A stretch of 64,000 nt of DNA from an uncultured delta proteobacterium (GCA_963769935.1 CAVYNY010000007.1:64001-128000); one strand, 5' to 3'; positions 9,852 to 19,886 are shown, counted from the stretch's first letter. Numbers and translations are program-made. The notes: generated from the letters alone by a model not told the origin.

Positions 9852-11151
9852 ATGACATTTCAGGAGGTGCTGGCCAAAGTCGTTGACTGGCTTCAGCACA
9901 GCGAACGGGTCTCCTATCGGGCAATCAAACGGCAGTTTGAGCTGGATGATGAATACCTTGACGATCTGAAGGAGGCAATCCTCTTTGCGCACCCCCAGGT
10001 TGTCGATGAAGAAGCGCGGGGTCTGGTCTGGACTAATGAAGCCAGCCCACCGCCCGAGTCGATTCCCGGACCTATTCCTCCAAAAGAAATGCCTCGAGAC
10101 AACCACAACACACAAAGCGAAGTCCAGCCGTCCACGTCTTATACTTCGGATGCCGAACTCCGCCAACTGACCGTAATGTTTTGCGACCTTGCAGAATCGA
10201 CCAGTCTTTCCGGCCGATTGGAGCCGGAAGAATATCGGGAGGTGGTTCGGGCCTACCAATCCGCCTGTGAGAAAGCCATCCAATCCTATGATGCCTATAC
10301 CGCCCAGCACCTTGGGGATGGGATGCTTATCTATTTTGGTTTCCCGCAGGCCCATGAAGATGACGCCCTGCGAGCCGTGCGGGCAGGTCTGGATTTAATA
10401 AAGGCCATCGGGTCCCTCAACCCTCAGTTGCATCGAGACAAAGGCATCCGACTCGAGGTGCGCATCGGCGTTCATACCGGGCCGGTTGTCGTCGGCCAGA
10501 TCGGTTCGGGTGCACGGCAGGAACTGCTTGCCTTGGGGGAGACGCCGAATATTGCAGCACGCATCCAGGGGATTGCAGCGCCCGACACGGTTGCAGTCAG
10601 CTCAACGACTTTTAAGATGGTTGAAGGATACTTCACGGCGAAGGACCTGGGGCTTCAGCCGGTGAAGGGTATCGCAGCGCCGATGCAGATTTACAGCATC
10701 CTGGGGGAAAGCGGCGTCCAAAGCCGGCTTGACGTAGCCCTAATAAGAGGACTTACACCGTTGGTTGGACGCGAATCGGAAGCCAATCTGCTCTTCGAAC
10801 GATGGGACCAAGTAAAAGAGGGGATGGGACAAGCCGTGCTGCTGACAGGTGAAGGCGGGATCGGGAAGTCGCGCTTGCTCCAGGTCATGAAAGCGCACAT
10901 CAGAGGTAAAACTTGAAGCAGAAGTTGAAGCCTGCTTTCAGCAAGCCATCGAAATAGCCCGACAACAGTCGGCGAAGTCCTGGGAATTGCGGGCGGCCAC
11001 GAGCTTAAGCCGTTTATGGCAAAAGCCGGGTAAAAAGGCCAGGGCCCTTTCGCTGCTGCAGGAAATCTACGACTGGTTCAAGGAGGGGTTTGATACAGCC
11101 GATCTGAAAGAGGCCAAAGCGCTCCTTGAAGAATTGTCCGAAGAGAAATAG
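9852..11151 (+). pseudogene. Class III adenylate/guanylate cyclase-AAA ATPase-TPR protein with large internal deletion
   Basis: Cyclase domain (RQLTVMFCDL, GDGMLIYFG, GETPNIAAR) and Walker A GEGGIGKS end at TGA 10916. The typical extreme C-terminus EACFQQAIEIARQQSAKSWELRAATSL...WFKEGFDTADLKEAKALL follows directly in another frame to 11151. Confidence 0.85.
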
Positions 11152-11209
11152 GCGCATCTACAGGGATAGTTGATCTTTATGGCAATGCACTCGGCTGCCG
11201 ACAAAATCC

Positions 11210-11240
11210 AAAGGGCGGTTCAAAAGCGCAACCGCCCTTT
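11210..11240. terminator. Bidirectional hairpin terminator
   Basis: AAAGGGCGGTT...AACCGCCCTTT between convergent genes. Confidence 0.65.
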
Positions 11241-11287
11241 CAACGAGAGGATAAAAAAGGTCAATGCGGCCTCCCGCCTCTCGATAT

Positions 11288-11482
11288 CTAATTTTTAGCC
11301 GAAAACACCGAATCGGAACTGGATCTCGAATTGCCTGTCAGACAAAATTTCACAAATTTTTTTTCGGCCTCCTTAAAACTATTTTCCGAATAAAAATAAA
11401 TATTTTCAGGCCGTCTAAATTCTTTACGGCATTTTTGGATCAACAAGCGGATCCCTTGATCTGTGTTCGAGTTATTGGCCAT
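11288..11482 (-). CDS. Small hypothetical protein
   Basis: 64-aa ORF (KCRKEFRRPENIYFYSENSFKEAEKKFVKFCL) ending just before a terminator. Confidence 0.55.
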   Translation of the reverse strand: MANNSNTDQGIRLLIQKCRKEFRRPENIYFYSENSFKEAEKKFVKFCLTGNSRSSSDSVFSAKN

Positions 11483-11589
11483 GATAAAACCGTTTCGCAT
11501 TTAGTCATTGTTTTTTTACAAAATATATGCCAGGTTCAAATCTTGTCAAGCTGTGAAAATTGCCTGAAACTCGCAAAAGGAGACAGACC

Positions 11590-11847
11590 ATGAAAAAGAC
11601 GCTTATGGTAATTTTAACTTTAGTTATCGGGCTTGCGCTGCTCAGCGCTGTCAACGGATGCACCAGTTACTACATGGTCAAGGACCCCGGGAACGACAAG
11701 GTGTATTACACTACCCAGATCGATCGCAACAAGAGTGGCAGCATTCGTTTCGTCGATGAAAACTCTCAGAGCGTCGTCACGCTGCAAGACTCGGCGGTCA
11801 CTGAAATCAACTCGGAAGAGTTCAAAGCCAACACAAAGAAGAAATGA
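11590..11847 (+). CDS. Small lipoprotein
   Basis: MKK + hydrophobic signal + lipobox-like VNGC; AAGGAGA RBS. Confidence 0.75.
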   Translation: MKKTLMVILTLVIGLALLSAVNGCTSYYMVKDPGNDKVYYTTQIDRNKSGSIRFVDENSQSVVTLQDSAVTEINSEEFKANTKKK

Positions 11848-12060
11848 CGCCGCCGGTGCCGGGAGCGTCACTTGCAGCTATCGAGGCCCCGGCCATTTAG
11901 TTCAACCCAACACGAGAAGGAGAGGTGAAGCCCAAATGGGTTTAATCATAATCGAATTGAGACATAGAAAGTGTGCAATAATTCGTGGTTATTCGTGCCC
12001 ATTCGTGTTCGTGGCTAACGAATCTTTAAAGGGATAGTATCCTACTATCCTGCAGCAAAC

Positions 12061-12774
12061 CTAAATCCCCAGAAACGCTTTTCGGAACAAATCGCTGTCC
12101 AGCAACTCCCGGCCGGAGCCTTCGCCGACGATGCGACCGGTCTGCAGCACATATCCGCGGTCGGCCAGATCCAGGGCTTCACGCACGTTCTGCTCCACCA
12201 GCAAAATGGTGATGCCTTCTGCTTTGAGCCGGCGAACCGTGTCGAGAACTTCATCCACCAGAATCGGAGCCAGGCCCAGTGAAGGTTCGTCCAGCATCAG
12301 AATCTGGGGGTTGGACATCAAGCCGCGGCCGATGGCCACCATCTGCTGTTCGCCGCCGGAAAGCGTTGAAGCCGGCTGGTTGCGGCGCTCCTTTAGCCTC
12401 GGAAATAGCTTGTAGACGAAATTTAAATTCTCTTTGATCTGATTTTTTTCATCCAGAACATACGCCCCCAGGTAAAGGTTTTCCTCCACCGACAACGGGC
12501 TGAAAAGCATTTTTTCCTCCGGAACATACACGATTCCCAGGCGGACGATGGCCTCCGTGTGCCGCGTTTGAATTTCCTCGCCTTTAAAACGGATCCGGCC
12601 TTCAAAGGCGTGTTGGGTTCCCATGACGGCCCGCAGCAGGGTCGATTTGCCCGCCCCGTTGGAACCCAGCACACAAACGGTTTCGGCCTGATTCACCTGA
12701 AGCGAGATGCCCTGCAGGACCGGCAGGCCGGAATACCGGACTTTGATGTTTTCGAGTATCGAGAATTGGATCAC
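12061..12774 (-). CDS. Branched-chain amino acid-type ABC transporter ATPase (LivF-like)
   Basis: GSNGAGKS, LSGGEQQMVAIGR, LDEPSLGLAP. Confidence 0.93.
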   Translation of the reverse strand: MIQFSILENIKVRYSGLPVLQGISLQVNQAETVCVLGSNGAGKSTLLRAVMGTQHAFEGRIRFKGEEIQTRHTEAIVRLGIVYVPEEKMLFSPLSVEENLYLGAYVLDEKNQIKENLNFVYKLFPRLKERRNQPASTLSGGEQQMVAIGRGLMSNPQILMLDEPSLGLAPILVDEVLDTVRRLKAEGITILLVEQNVREALDLADRGYVLQTGRIVGEGSGRELLDSDLFRKAFLGI

Positions 12775-12873
12775 TCATCGAAATTGTCTCCGCTGCGGCA
12801 TGATCAAGAAATATTGGAAAATTGGAAGGCAGATTCTGTTTGATAATACCTTATGTTAATGCGCCGACGCTTA

Positions 12874-13001
12874 AAATCACAAATTACAAGCACCAAATTA
12901 CAAATAAATCTCAAATTCCAATAATCAATGACCGAAACCACTAGTTTTGAATTTTGAATTTTGGTCATTGTTATTTGTTTGTTATTTGTGATTTGTCATT
13001 T
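12874..13001. repeat. Inverted-arm heptamer element (AAATTMC family), copy 2, almost no spacer
   Basis: aaatcac-aaattac-aagcacc-aaattac-aaat-aaatctc-aaattcc-aataatc-aatgacc-gaaacc has the same unit order as 2348-2413; inverted arm follows after about 5 bp. Confidence 0.8.
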
Positions 13002-13060
13002 ATACTGCTCCGATATTCAAGGCCTCATGTCCTCATAGGCATCAACGCTAACTTAGAAGT

Positions 13061-13810
13061 TTACAAATAGGTATCTTCTGCATGTTCCTTTGCATAGCGC
13101 TTTCCCAGATAGGCCTGGATTACACCGGGATCTTTGGCGACTTCAGACGGGTTGCCGTCTGCAATTTTTTGGCCGTAGTCCAGGACAACGATGCGGTCGC
13201 TTATTTTCATTACCAGATCCATGACGTGCTCGATCAACATGACGGTCACCCCCAGATCGTTATGGATGCCACGAATGCTGGACATGATTTCTTCAATTTC
13301 GCCGGGATTCAGGCCGGCTGCCACTTCATCCAGCAGCAGGAGCTTGGGACCCGAGCCCAAGGCGGTGGCCATGGTGACCCGTTTCTGGGCGGCCACTGGC
13401 AGCTCACTGACCAGGTAATTGGAAAGCTCCTTCAATTTTAAAAAATCCAGGATTTCCGCTGCGCGGGATTTGGCCTCCGAACGGGAGCGGGCCCGCATGA
13501 AACAGCCGACCATCACGTTTTCTTCAACATTCAGATCGCCGGAGGCAGCGTAGACCTGAAAGGTGCGGGCCAGGCCCCGGCGGGCGACTTCATGGGCTTT
13601 TAAATCCGTGACGTCGTCACCGTCGAAAAGGATCCGGCCCGAGGTCAGGGGGTGTAACCCGCTGATACAGTTGAAGAGCGTGGTTTTGCCGGCGCCGTTG
13701 GGCCCGATCAGTCCCAGCAGCTCTCCTTTTTGCATGGCAAACGATATATTGTTGTTGGCCCTCAATCCGCCAAAATATTTGGTGACATTTCGCACATCCA
13801 GCAGCGCCAT
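13061..13810 (-). CDS. Branched-chain amino acid-type ABC transporter ATPase (LivG-like)
   Basis: FGGLRA, GPNGAGKTT, ARTFQ, LLLLDEVAAGLN, IQAYLG. Confidence 0.93.
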   Translation of the reverse strand: MALLDVRNVTKYFGGLRANNNISFAMQKGELLGLIGPNGAGKTTLFNCISGLHPLTSGRILFDGDDVTDLKAHEVARRGLARTFQVYAASGDLNVEENVMVGCFMRARSRSEAKSRAAEILDFLKLKELSNYLVSELPVAAQKRVTMATALGSGPKLLLLDEVAAGLNPGEIEEIMSSIRGIHNDLGVTVMLIEHVMDLVMKISDRIVVLDYGQKIADGNPSEVAKDPGVIQAYLGKRYAKEHAEDTYL

Positions 13811-14817
13811 TATTTGCGTTTCCTCCGCCGTATTTTTTCAACGATACCCCAGATCCCGCGGGGTTCAAATGCCGAAACGACCATAATGATCAGGGCATAA
13901 ATAACCAGATCGATACCTGCCAGTCCCGCAGTTGCCCCCAGCCATTCCTTGAGATAGCTCTTTAGCGGGATCAGAATGCCGGCCCCGATGATCGGCCCCC
14001 ACAACGATCCGGCCCCTCCCAGCATGGCCATCAGGGCGATCAGAATTGAAATCGACAGGCTCATGGTGTCTTCCGGCTCGATATTCTTGATGTAGCAGGC
14101 ATGAAAGGACCCTACCACGCTCACAAAGCTGGTGGCGATGGCATAGGTTTTGACCTTGGCCCAGCGCACATTGACCCCCAGCGAGCGGGCCACATCCTCA
14201 TTGTCCTTGATGGATCGCAGCTGGTATCCCAGGCGGGATTTGCGAAACCAGTTGATATACAGAATTCCGGCCAGAAAAAAACCTAAAAGGATGTAGTAAT
14301 AATAAATGTCTTCCTTGAAAATCAGCCGTAAAAAATCCGGGGGCGGATATTTGATGGGGGAAATTTCCAGACCCCGGGCAGCTCCCACAAAATTCCAAAC
14401 CTCAAAGAGATCTTTGAGCACCAACGATGTGGCGATCGTGGCAATGGCAAAATAATGGCCTTTGAGACGGAAGAGGGGGTATCCGATGATAAAGGACCAG
14501 GCGACGGAAAAGCACACCCCGATGGGCATGGATACCCAGAATGGGATATTCCAGCGAATCAGCATGACCGCGGTGGTATACGCCCCGATTCCCACATACT
14601 GGGCCTTGCCCAGATCCACTTGTCCGCCGTATCCGCCGATGGTGTTCCAGCCCATGCCGTAAAGGGAGAACATCATAAACTGGATCATGGTGGCCATGGC
14701 AAAGGAGGAGAGCGACAGCAGTGGAAAGATCAGCAAGAACATCAACACCGCCCCGGCCACCGTCAGATCGATGCGGGGAAAGTCGGAAAAGTCTAACGTG
14801 TTTTTTATTGTTTCCAT
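13810..14817 (-). CDS. ABC transporter permease (LivM-like)
   Basis: GGYGGQVDLG, RLKGHYFAIAT, LGGAGSLWGPIIGA; multiple TM segments. Confidence 0.9.
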   Translation of the reverse strand: METIKNTLDFSDFPRIDLTVAGAVLMFLLIFPLLSLSSFAMATMIQFMMFSLYGMGWNTIGGYGGQVDLGKAQYVGIGAYTTAVMLIRWNIPFWVSMPIGVCFSVAWSFIIGYPLFRLKGHYFAIATIATSLVLKDLFEVWNFVGAARGLEISPIKYPPPDFLRLIFKEDIYYYYILLGFFLAGILYINWFRKSRLGYQLRSIKDNEDVARSLGVNVRWAKVKTYAIATSFVSVVGSFHACYIKNIEPEDTMSLSISILIALMAMLGGAGSLWGPIIGAGILIPLKSYLKEWLGATAGLAGIDLVIYALIIMVVSAFEPRGIWGIVEKIRRRKRK

Positions 14818-15719
14818 CCAAACAAGCCCCTGGGACGGATTATCATGATCAGAAAATACGCCAGGTAAACCCACATGTACTTAAACGATGTCATGGGAAC
14901 ATTGGCCATCCAGTCGATATTAAAGGTATAGGTGATAAAATCCCAAAAGCCCGGAATTTCCATAATCAGGCCCACCACGATTCCGGCAAAAAAAGCGCCG
15001 GGCACGCTGCCGAATCCGCCCAGGGCCACGATGGCAAAAGCGATCATGGTAAACAGCAGCCCGATGAACGGGCTCACCGACCAGAAGTTGACAATGAGCG
15101 CCCCGGCGATGCAAACCGTGGCGCCTCCGATTCCCCAGGCCAGGGCATTCATCCGCTCGGTCGGTATGCCCATATAGCGAGCGCCCTGTGCATTGAGGGC
15201 CGTGGCTCTTAAAGCATTGCCGATTTTGGTGCGGTGCATCATCCACCAGACCCCCCAGAAGGACAGCACGGAAAGTGCGGCCGCGGCCAGCTTGGTGGCC
15301 GGCAGGATGACGCCCATGCCGATATCGAAACTTTTGCCGACCAGGATGCCGTGATGCAAGGCGCGGTCTTCCGAACCGAAAATCAGCAGCGCCAGATTTC
15401 TTAAAAGCAGCATCAGGCCGAACGTGCCCAGCAATTGCGCAATCATCGGGCCGCGCAACAAAAATTTCACAAAACCGGCATAACATGCTACGCCCAGCAA
15501 AAATCCGACGAGCGCGGCAACCGGCAGCGTCAGCAATGGATCGATACCCGTGGCCTGGGCCGTCAGCAGGCCGGTATACATGCCGATCATCAGGAATTCG
15601 CCATGGGCAAAATTAACGATGTCCATGACACCGAAAATGATAGTCAATCCCAAGGCCACCATTGCCAGGACCATGCCCAGCAACAGACCGGCGACGATGG
15701 AGCTTAGCAGGATGTCCAT
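14805..15719 (-). CDS. ABC transporter permease (LivH-like)
   Basis: ALGLTIIFGVMDIVNFAHGEF, VALGGFGS, RPRGLFG. Confidence 0.92.
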   Translation of the reverse strand: MDILLSSIVAGLLLGMVLAMVALGLTIIFGVMDIVNFAHGEFLMIGMYTGLLTAQATGIDPLLTLPVAALVGFLLGVACYAGFVKFLLRGPMIAQLLGTFGLMLLLRNLALLIFGSEDRALHHGILVGKSFDIGMGVILPATKLAAAALSVLSFWGVWWMMHRTKIGNALRATALNAQGARYMGIPTERMNALAWGIGGATVCIAGALIVNFWSVSPFIGLLFTMIAFAIVALGGFGSVPGAFFAGIVVGLIMEIPGFWDFITYTFNIDWMANVPMTSFKYMWVYLAYFLIMIIRPRGLFGWKQ

Positions 15720-15795
15720 ATAGTTAAAATGCCTAAATTCTAAAATGCCTAAAATTACGGCACTGTCAAATTACCAGGACTTTGGGACTAGTTGG

Positions 15796-15870
15796 GGAGT
15801 GTCGGAGTATTGGAATGTTGGCGTATTGGTATTTTCCATTACTCCATTACTCCATTACTCCAGTTCCAAT
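15796..15870. repeat. Inverted-arm TGGAGTAY octamer element
   Basis: ggagtgtc-ggagtatt-ggaatgtt-ggcgtatt ... ccattact-ccattact-ccattact-cca. Confidence 0.7.
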
Positions 15871-15882
15871 ACAGACTAATAT

Positions 15883-15927
15883 CCCCCAACCCACCCCTCT
15901 AAAACAAAGAGGGACGGGTTGGGGGGG
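15883..15927 (-). terminator. Stem-loop after the substrate-binding gene
   Basis: CCCCCAACCC-ACCCCTCT...AGAGGGAC-GGGTTGGGGG. Confidence 0.55.
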
Positions 15928-15944
15928 GCAGATATAAATTTTCA

Positions 15945-17257
15945 CTAAAACTTCTGGAAGGGATAAATCATGTCGGCTGAAGCGACATCAAAGGGGTAGA
16001 CGATCTCCAGCACGATCTGGCCGTCGGCGCTTTTTTGGTACTGTCCGATCAGGCCGGAGCCCAGTGTATTCTGGCCGAGCTCATCCCCGGAGGTGGAAAA
16101 TTTAATTCCGGCCCACGGCACTACAAGCTCGCTGCCCGGAATGTCTATCTCATTGGCGGCCTTTTGGATGGCAGCCGGTTCGGTCGATGCGGATTTTTCC
16201 AGCACCTGCACCCAGGTTTGCAGACCGGTGAAGGATCGGGCGGAGGCGCCGGTCAGATCATTGCCGGTTTTAGCCTTGTAAAGCGCGTTGACCTGTCCGG
16301 CAACCTTTTTCAGCTGAACGACCTGGGGCAGAAATACGGTGCGGGTCAGAATACCGACGACACTGTCCCTAGCGTCGTCGCGGAATTCCGGCACCTCGAA
16401 TCCGGCGTCCTGACCCCAGATGATCTTCGGTTGGGCCTTCTGAGCCTTCATCGTTTTGATCATCAGAATGGCGTCCGAGGTGTAGGAGGCAAACAACATC
16501 ACATCTGCACGGGAGGCTTTTAAAGACCGCACCTCACTGGAGAGATCGGGTGCTTCCTTGGCATACAGCATGGATTTTCGCAAATTGTAGCCGTAATCTT
16601 GGCAAACTTCTGAATCACTTCCGAGACAAATGAGCCCCATTCGGTTTTTTCGCAGGCCGAGGATAGGTTCATGATATCTTTTTTGGGGACTGCCGCAACC
16701 CCTCTAACCTTACCCTCGGTCAGGCCTTTTAAGAATTCAAAGAGGTCTTTGGTGAACCAGACGTCGTGGGGGGTCGTGCGCCAGAACCATTTGAAACCGC
16801 GTTGGGTCAGGGACGGGGACGTGGATGAACCGTTGATCATGGGAACGCCGTACTGTTCGGCGACGGCACTGACGGTTTTGGTGACGGAGCTGTGGTAACA
16901 GCCCAGCAGACCATCCACCTTGTCATCCAATATCAGTTTCTTGGCCAGGTCGGCTCCCAAGGTGGGATTTCCCTCATGATCCTTGAAGATGATTTCAATC
17001 TTGGCTCCACCCATGCTTTTGATGCCGGCGTTTCTGGCCATGCTCATATCGATATCAGCCATCGCATTATTGGCGATCTCCACGGCGAGCTCCACGCCGG
17101 CGCGCAGCTCGCGACCGGCCGCAGCCGCACCGCCGGTCAGCGGATAGAGGGCGCCGATTTTAATTGTCTTTTGCGCCAGAACCCCCGCCGGGAAAATCAT
17201 CCCGATCGCCAATATCAGACTCAACAGGCCCAATCCGTATCTCAAAACTTTTTTCAT
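15945..17257 (-). CDS. ABC transporter substrate-binding protein (LivK-like), split by a 1-bp frameshift near 16600
   Basis: Signal peptide, IKIGALYPLTG, GCYHSSV, FWRTTPHD. Adding one A (GCC AAA GAT TAC) joins ORFs 16520-17257 and 15945-16640. Confidence 0.85.
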
Positions 17258-17484
17258 ACCAAAACCTCCTTTCAGATTTTATGAGCGCCTAATTTTAAGG
17301 TCGGTGTGTATCTATGATTCAGATTCAAAATCTTTATAGGAATCATTGCAGCCTGTCAAGGTTCAAACAGCTATTTAAATCAGGTGGTCGGGGTGAGATG
17401 GGATGGGGCTGCGGGAAAATAAAGCGATTGCGTTTGAAGGAGGCGTCAGTTGTTGGTTGTCGGTTGAAAGTTGGTTTATTCGAG

Positions 17485-17536
17485 TTCGTGCTTTCGTGAT
17501 TAATTTCTTTTTTAGCTCCAGCTTACCCGGGTTAGG
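17485..17536 (-). repeat. 5' part of the CACGAAA-family dispersed element
   Basis: Reverse complement cctaacccgggtaagctggagctaaaaaagaaattaatcacgaaagcacgaa matches the starts of the copies at 40699 and 46225. Confidence 0.75.
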
Positions 17537-17545
17537 TAAGTTGCC

Positions 17546-18973
17546 TCAGGACTTGGCGGCAGGCTTGCGGCTTGACCGTTTCTTTTTCTTTCTCAGCGGC
17601 AGTGCCTGCTGAATTTTTTTCATCCCATCCTCAAGGCCAGGCAGGTTGATCTTGCTATCGACAAGCGTTTCTTGCAGCGCCCGTTGAAAAGACTCGATCT
17701 GCCAGTCTTCCGAGTGGCTGATGCCCTCGTCCAGATAGCTGAGGAAACCGTCCCGGTCCCCCTGGTACAGCTTCATTTCGGCAAGGTCATAGTAACACCA
17801 GGGTATGTCTGTGGGCGGTTCCGTCAGGCTCTGGCTCTTTCGCAATTCCTCCGCGGCCAGCAACTGTTCTTTCCGGTTCGCCAGATTTATTTTTTCGGTC
17901 GTCTTTGCCTCCAGCTTAAGAGCATTGAGAAGGGGGTACGGGTGCCAATTTGAGACTTCTGCGGCTCGCTGGTATTTCTCGTAAGCGCCGGAAAAGTCCA
18001 GCTTGCGCCGCAACATACCGCCCCAGATTGCCCAGGCATCAAAATCTTGAGGATTAAGGACAGTCGCCTGTCTCAACGATTCTTCGCCGCTCGGCAGCCA
18101 GTCCGGTCTATCGTTTTCCGGTATGAGCCGACTGATAAGGCTCTCGACCAGCCCTTTTTCACGCCAGGCTTCCGCGTAGTCAGGCACCAGCTGAGTGAGG
18201 TACGAGAATTGTACCAACGCATCGAAGTGCCGCTTCATTCTCTTGAGGATCAGACCAAGGCGCATGCGCGAAACGACATTCGCGGGGCTGATTCGAAGGA
18301 CGACCCTGTAAATAGCCCTGGCTGTCGTCAAGTCGCCCGTGCGCAGGGCCTCTTCGGCCTCGCACAAAACGGCATCCAGCAGCGTTTGCTGTTTGTATCC
18401 GGCATCTCCGGCTTCGGCTGGATTTTGTTGCTGCGCCGCCAAAGAGGCCTCATTTCCTGGAAGCGGCTGTCGTTGTGCCCGAAGTGCAATTCTCACGGGG
18501 CTGTCCAGGCGATTGCGTTTCAAGGATTCGGTCAACACCTCGGTTATTAAATCCTTGGAGGCGGAAACTTTCTCTTTTGTATCAATTTCATAATCGAATA
18601 CCTTTATCGAGTTGATGTCAAATGGGATAGCAATGCCCGGTTGTCTGAAAATAACAGTACCTGATTCCTGGGCCCCGTGTCGTACACCAAGCTCATAGAA
18701 TACATTGGGATTGAAGCCGCTGATGTCGGTGAACGCAATCCGGCTGTACATGATGTACTCGAACATATCCTGACTGATCGAGCTCGAAAACTTATCGACA
18801 TCGGTGCGCTGGGGCTCGAGGGTCCCGCCCTCCGGGAGAACGGCGTTCCTGATCGCCGGTTCGAAGATATTTTCATAAATATAGTCAAAATCGACGACCT
18901 TGGCGCCCACCTTTTTCTTGTTGAATGGCATGATGACAAAACATATTTTTTCGAACTCGGCCAGTACGGTCAT
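17546..18973 (-). CDS. N-terminal nucleoside deoxyribosyltransferase/deoxyribohydrolase-like (DRHyd) domain plus TPR repeats
   Basis: CFVIMPF...FDYIYENIFEPAI...DISGFNPNVFYELGVRHG; TPR-like helices (PDYAEAWREKG, PQDFDAWAIWG); CAGGAGG RBS. Confidence 0.75.
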   Translation of the reverse strand: MTVLAEFEKICFVIMPFNKKKVGAKVVDFDYIYENIFEPAIRNAVLPEGGTLEPQRTDVDKFSSSISQDMFEYIMYSRIAFTDISGFNPNVFYELGVRHGAQESGTVIFRQPGIAIPFDINSIKVFDYEIDTKEKVSASKDLITEVLTESLKRNRLDSPVRIALRAQRQPLPGNEASLAAQQQNPAEAGDAGYKQQTLLDAVLCEAEEALRTGDLTTARAIYRVVLRISPANVVSRMRLGLILKRMKRHFDALVQFSYLTQLVPDYAEAWREKGLVESLISRLIPENDRPDWLPSGEESLRQATVLNPQDFDAWAIWGGMLRRKLDFSGAYEKYQRAAEVSNWHPYPLLNALKLEAKTTEKINLANRKEQLLAAEELRKSQSLTEPPTDIPWCYYDLAEMKLYQGDRDGFLSYLDEGISHSEDWQIESFQRALQETLVDSKINLPGLEDGMKKIQQALPLRKKKKRSSRKPAAKS

Positions 18974-19024
18974 CGTGGTGACCTCCTGTTGCTGAATATA
19001 CAATTAGCCCTATAGCTGCCTAAA

Positions 19025-19507
19025 TTATTCCATTGGACTTAGGCGGTTCCGAATATCAGCCAAATGCAGGCGGGCGTGCTCATAGGCCCAAACGATAAAT
19101 CGCTCCAGCTTGCCGTGGCCATGGAAGGCGTGGCGGCCTTCGCGATCCAGGTCTTTATCCTCCATCCCCTCGACGATCGCAATCGTTTGCAGCCGCACGA
19201 ACCGGAATTTATCCAACAGTTCATCGAGCGACAGCCCATCCAGCTTTCGGGGCTGGGTGCGGTTGAAGCGGTCGAGATCAAAATCTTCCGGAGTGCCGGG
19301 GCCGCCGGCCAGAATATCCTTAAATAGCCAATGCATGGTGCCTTCGATGGTAATAAAATGCGCCAGGACCTGCTGAACGGACCAGCCGGGATCTTCCGGA
19401 TAAACGGTCATCCCGAGCTGCCTATGATTCAGGCCTTTAAAAAAGGTGATGATTTCTTCCTGGTTATTTCTCAATTCTGCGATGATGCCATCAAGTCTGT
19501 TTTCCAT
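19025..19507 (-). CDS. DinB/YfiT-like putative metalloenzyme
   Basis: WSVQQVLAHF and C-terminal EHARLH His ligands. Confidence 0.8.
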   Translation of the reverse strand: MENRLDGIIAELRNNQEEIITFFKGLNHRQLGMTVYPEDPGWSVQQVLAHFITIEGTMHWLFKDILAGGPGTPEDFDLDRFNRTQPRKLDGLSLDELLDKFRFVRLQTIAIVEGMEDKDLDREGRHAFHGHGKLERFIVWAYEHARLHLADIRNRLSPME

Positions 19508-19524
19508 TGAATTCCCCTATGATT

Positions 19525-19680
19525 TCAAATACGGTAATCCATGTGGGGTTTCAACGATACGATGACATGACCCGGATTCACCTGGCCCATGTCCATAAAT
19601 ACGATATGGTGATCGTCTTCATACACTTTATGGCAGGGAATCTCGCCAGCTGCAATTTTACAAAAAACACAATCAGTCAT
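19525..19680 (-). pseudogene. Truncated HIT-family hydrolase (N-terminal 51 aa only)
   Basis: Not in ORF track. MTDCVFCKIAAGEIPCHKVYEDDHHIVFMDMGQVNPGHVIVSLKPHMDYRI* with GGAGGAG RBS; the HxHxH triad is absent. Confidence 0.8.
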
Positions 19681-19722
19681 TTTCTCCTCCTTTTATCCTC
19701 CTCATTATCTGAGATAAGTTAA

Positions 19723-19886
19723 ACCTAAATTGAGCGGTTTCAATAAAAAGTTTGGAACAATGGTCCGTTTCGTGCGGGCGGGGAAAACCCTGCTCCCTAC
19801 CAAATAGGTTAAGGAAAGTCGTGTAGGGGCGGGCTTTACGCCCGCCCGGACTCGGTATCGGCCCTTGAAAATCGCTCAGGTTAGGT
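19723..19886. mobile_element. MITE-like element carrying two GTAG-type REP palindromes
   Basis: Imperfect terminal IRs acctaaattgagcggtttcaa / ttgaaaatcgctcaggttaggt, flanked by TAA on both sides; internal GTAG-GGGCGGGC-tttac-GCCCGCCC (19823-19848) and an inverted variant (19775-19800). Confidence 0.6.

Noticed and set aside
10914..10916. Sec or readthrough at the cyclase TGA
   Set aside because: The downstream homologous segment is in a different frame and several hundred residues are missing
16595..16605. Programmed frameshift or phase variation in livK and opp genes
   Set aside because: Runs are only 2-4 nt with no slippery heptamer; sequencing error is more parsimonious
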